Part shown: positions 62,505 through 64,000 of the stretch, piece after piece | Layout: every line of letters starts with the position of its first letter | How positions within the stretch are numbered: the first letter of the stretch is position 1 | DNA from: an uncultured delta proteobacterium | Lineage (GTDB): Bacteria; Myxococcota; Myxococcia; Myxococcales; Myxococcaceae | Direction: 5' to 3' | DNA: 64,000 bases | Assembly: GCA_963713045.1 (NCBI GenBank) | Contig: CAVQKE010000004.1 | Location: forward strand, 224,001 to 288,000 | Position numbers and translations under genes: made by a program | The notes under the pieces: generated by a model | Database searches by the model: none | What the model saw: the letters and a program-made list of their open reading frames with translations, nothing else | What the model was told of the DNA's origin: nothing

Positions 62505-63762
62505 CGCCCCTGCTGAGCCGCGCGTCCGCGCGCGCGCGCTGGACCTCCCCTTGGGCCGCTTCCGCCCAGGGCGGCACAACGCCATCACCGACGTGGAGGG
62601 CGTGTTGGTGGGCCATGCCACCATCATCCGCGGTGAAGGCCGGCTGCGCCCGGGGCATGGCCCGGTGCGCACCGGCGTGACCGCCATCCTGCCGAGCCAC
62701 GGCAACATCTTCATGGAACGACTGCACGGGGGCAGTTTCGTCCTCAACGGTGCCGGCGAGGTCTCCGGACTGACGCAGGTCATGGAATGGGGCCTTTTGG
62801 AGACACCCATTCTGTTGACCAACACCATGTCGGTGGGTGCCGTGTCCGACGCCGTGGCGCGCACCATGGTGGAGCGCTACCCCGGTATCGGCGATGAGCA
62901 TGACGTCATCATCCCGGTGGTGGGGGAGTGCGACGACAGCTGGCTCAATGACATCGCCGGCGTCCACGTGCATGAGGACCACGTCCGAGCGGCCCTGGCC
63001 GGCGCCCGGTCCGGGCCGGTGGCCGAAGGCAGCGTCGGCGGCGGCACGGGGATGATTACCTGCGACTTCAAGGGCGGCATCGGGACCAGCTCGCGAAAGT
63101 TGCCCGAGTCCAACGGCGGCTACACCTTGGGCGTGCTGGTGATGTCCAACTTCGGCAAGATGCACAACCTCCGGGTGGGCGGCCTGCCACTGGGGGAGGT
63201 TCTCGAGGAGCGCTTCCACAGTCTGCCCCGGAGGCAGGACAGTTACGGAAGCATCATTGCGGTGGTGGCCACCGACGCGCCGCTGTTGCCCAACCAGATT
63301 TCCCGCCTCTGCAAGCGGGTCGGCCTCGGGATTGGCCGGGTGGGCAGCTATGCCGCGCACGGCTCCGGGGAAATTGTGGTCGGCTTCTCCACCGCCAACA
63401 TCATCCCCCGGCGCACCAAGAAGATGGTGACGAAGGTAAAGCTGCTGCTCGACCAACGGCTGGACCCGCTGTACGAGGCGGTGATGGAGGCCACCGAGGA
63501 GGCCATTCTCAACGCCATTTGCATGGCCGGGCCGATGACGGGCATCAACGGACACACCTGCCCGGCGCTGCCCTTGGACGAGGTCCGCCGCTTCGTTGCC
63601 CTTTTTCAGCCGGTGCTTCCCCGCCGCCGACGCACGGCAGCGCCCAGCCCCCCGGGGCAGGCCGAGCGCACCGGGGCGGTGACGGTGGCCGAGGCCCTTC
63701 CCACCGCCGTCCGCGGCGCCGAGGGCATTCCCTTTCCCACCAAGCCGGCCCCGCCGGAGTGA
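62497..63762 (+). CDS. P1/S58 family peptidase (DmpA-like L-aminopeptidase/D-esterase)
   Basis: NAITDVEGVLVGH, RTGVTAILP, LTNT, PVVGECDD, EGSVGGGTGM, KGGIGTSSR, GSII autoprocessing site, HGSGE. Confidence 0.94.
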   Translation: MNDAPAEPRVRARALDLPLGRFRPGRHNAITDVEGVLVGHATIIRGEGRLRPGHGPVRTGVTAILPSHGNIFMERLHGGSFVLNGAGEVSGLTQVMEWGLLETPILLTNTMSVGAVSDAVARTMVERYPGIGDEHDVIIPVVGECDDSWLNDIAGVHVHEDHVRAALAGARSGPVAEGSVGGGTGMITCDFKGGIGTSSRKLPESNGGYTLGVLVMSNFGKMHNLRVGGLPLGEVLEERFHSLPRRQDSYGSIIAVVATDAPLLPNQISRLCKRVGLGIGRVGSYAAHGSGEIVVGFSTANIIPRRTKKMVTKVKLLLDQRLDPLYEAVMEATEEAILNAICMAGPMTGINGHTCPALPLDEVRRFVALFQPVLPRRRRTAAPSPPGQAERTGAVTVAEALPTAVRGAEGIPFPTKPAPPE

Positions 63763-63881
63763 GGCGCCAGCCGTCCGCCCCGCCCGTCGGGGCTCGCCTT
63801 GGCACACCGCCCTCTGCTAGACGAGGCGCCCGTCCCCCTGCACCCCACCCGGGCGGAACGCGAAGCGAGGACACACGCGAC

Positions 63882-64000
63882 ATGGCACGCAGCCGCAGCA
63901 AGCACGAGCGCAAGCGGATGAAGATTCGCCAGGCATGGAAGAGGCGCCTCAAAACGAAGAAGGCCGCGGGCAAGGCGCCCGGCAGCAAGCCCGCCGCCGG
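63882..64000 (+). CDS. Small, highly basic protein (runs off the right edge, partial)
   Basis: Own translation: MARSRSKHERKRMKIRQAWKRRLKTKKAAGKAPGSKPAA; GAGG upstream; GC3-rich codons. Confidence 0.65.
   Translation, partial: MARSRSKHERKRMKIRQAWKRRLKTKKAAGKAPGSKPAA

Overview
High-GC bacterial chromosome segment, almost certainly Myxococcota: it carries a recognisable FrzS pseudo-receiver protein in the ald-ECF sigma-anti-sigma-frzS context known from Myxococcus. The left part (1-30.6 kb) is a myxobacterial core-like region. It holds a ClpA-like ATPase, a Yip1-TolC-MacA-ABC-2x permease exporter operon ending in a DUF692 (MNIO) enzyme fused to a probable partner domain, a HARE-HTH/degenerate Mrr protein, birA, coaX, frzS, an ECF sigma/anti-sigma pair, ald and a radical SAM gene. 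It is followed by one operon encoding all seven shikimate-pathway steps, including an in-frame AroC-AroK fusion. A roughly 12 kb accessory block comes next (IorAB-like molybdoenzyme, BtaA/DUF3419-like + DoxX-like + SRPBCC, ABC1 kinase, lipoprotein-porin-beta-barrel trio, VOC protein). The right part holds a complete trpEGDCFBA operon (trpB apparently starting at CTG) divergent from a second DAHP synthase, then hemB and a tandem double ATP-grasp (Ddl-like) ligase followed by TetR, a DmpA-type peptidase and a tiny basic protein. Two genes carry single-base frameshifts that may be assembly errors. No rRNA, tRNA, CRISPR array, transposase or integrase was seen. All family assignments come from motif recognition by eye, not from database searches.
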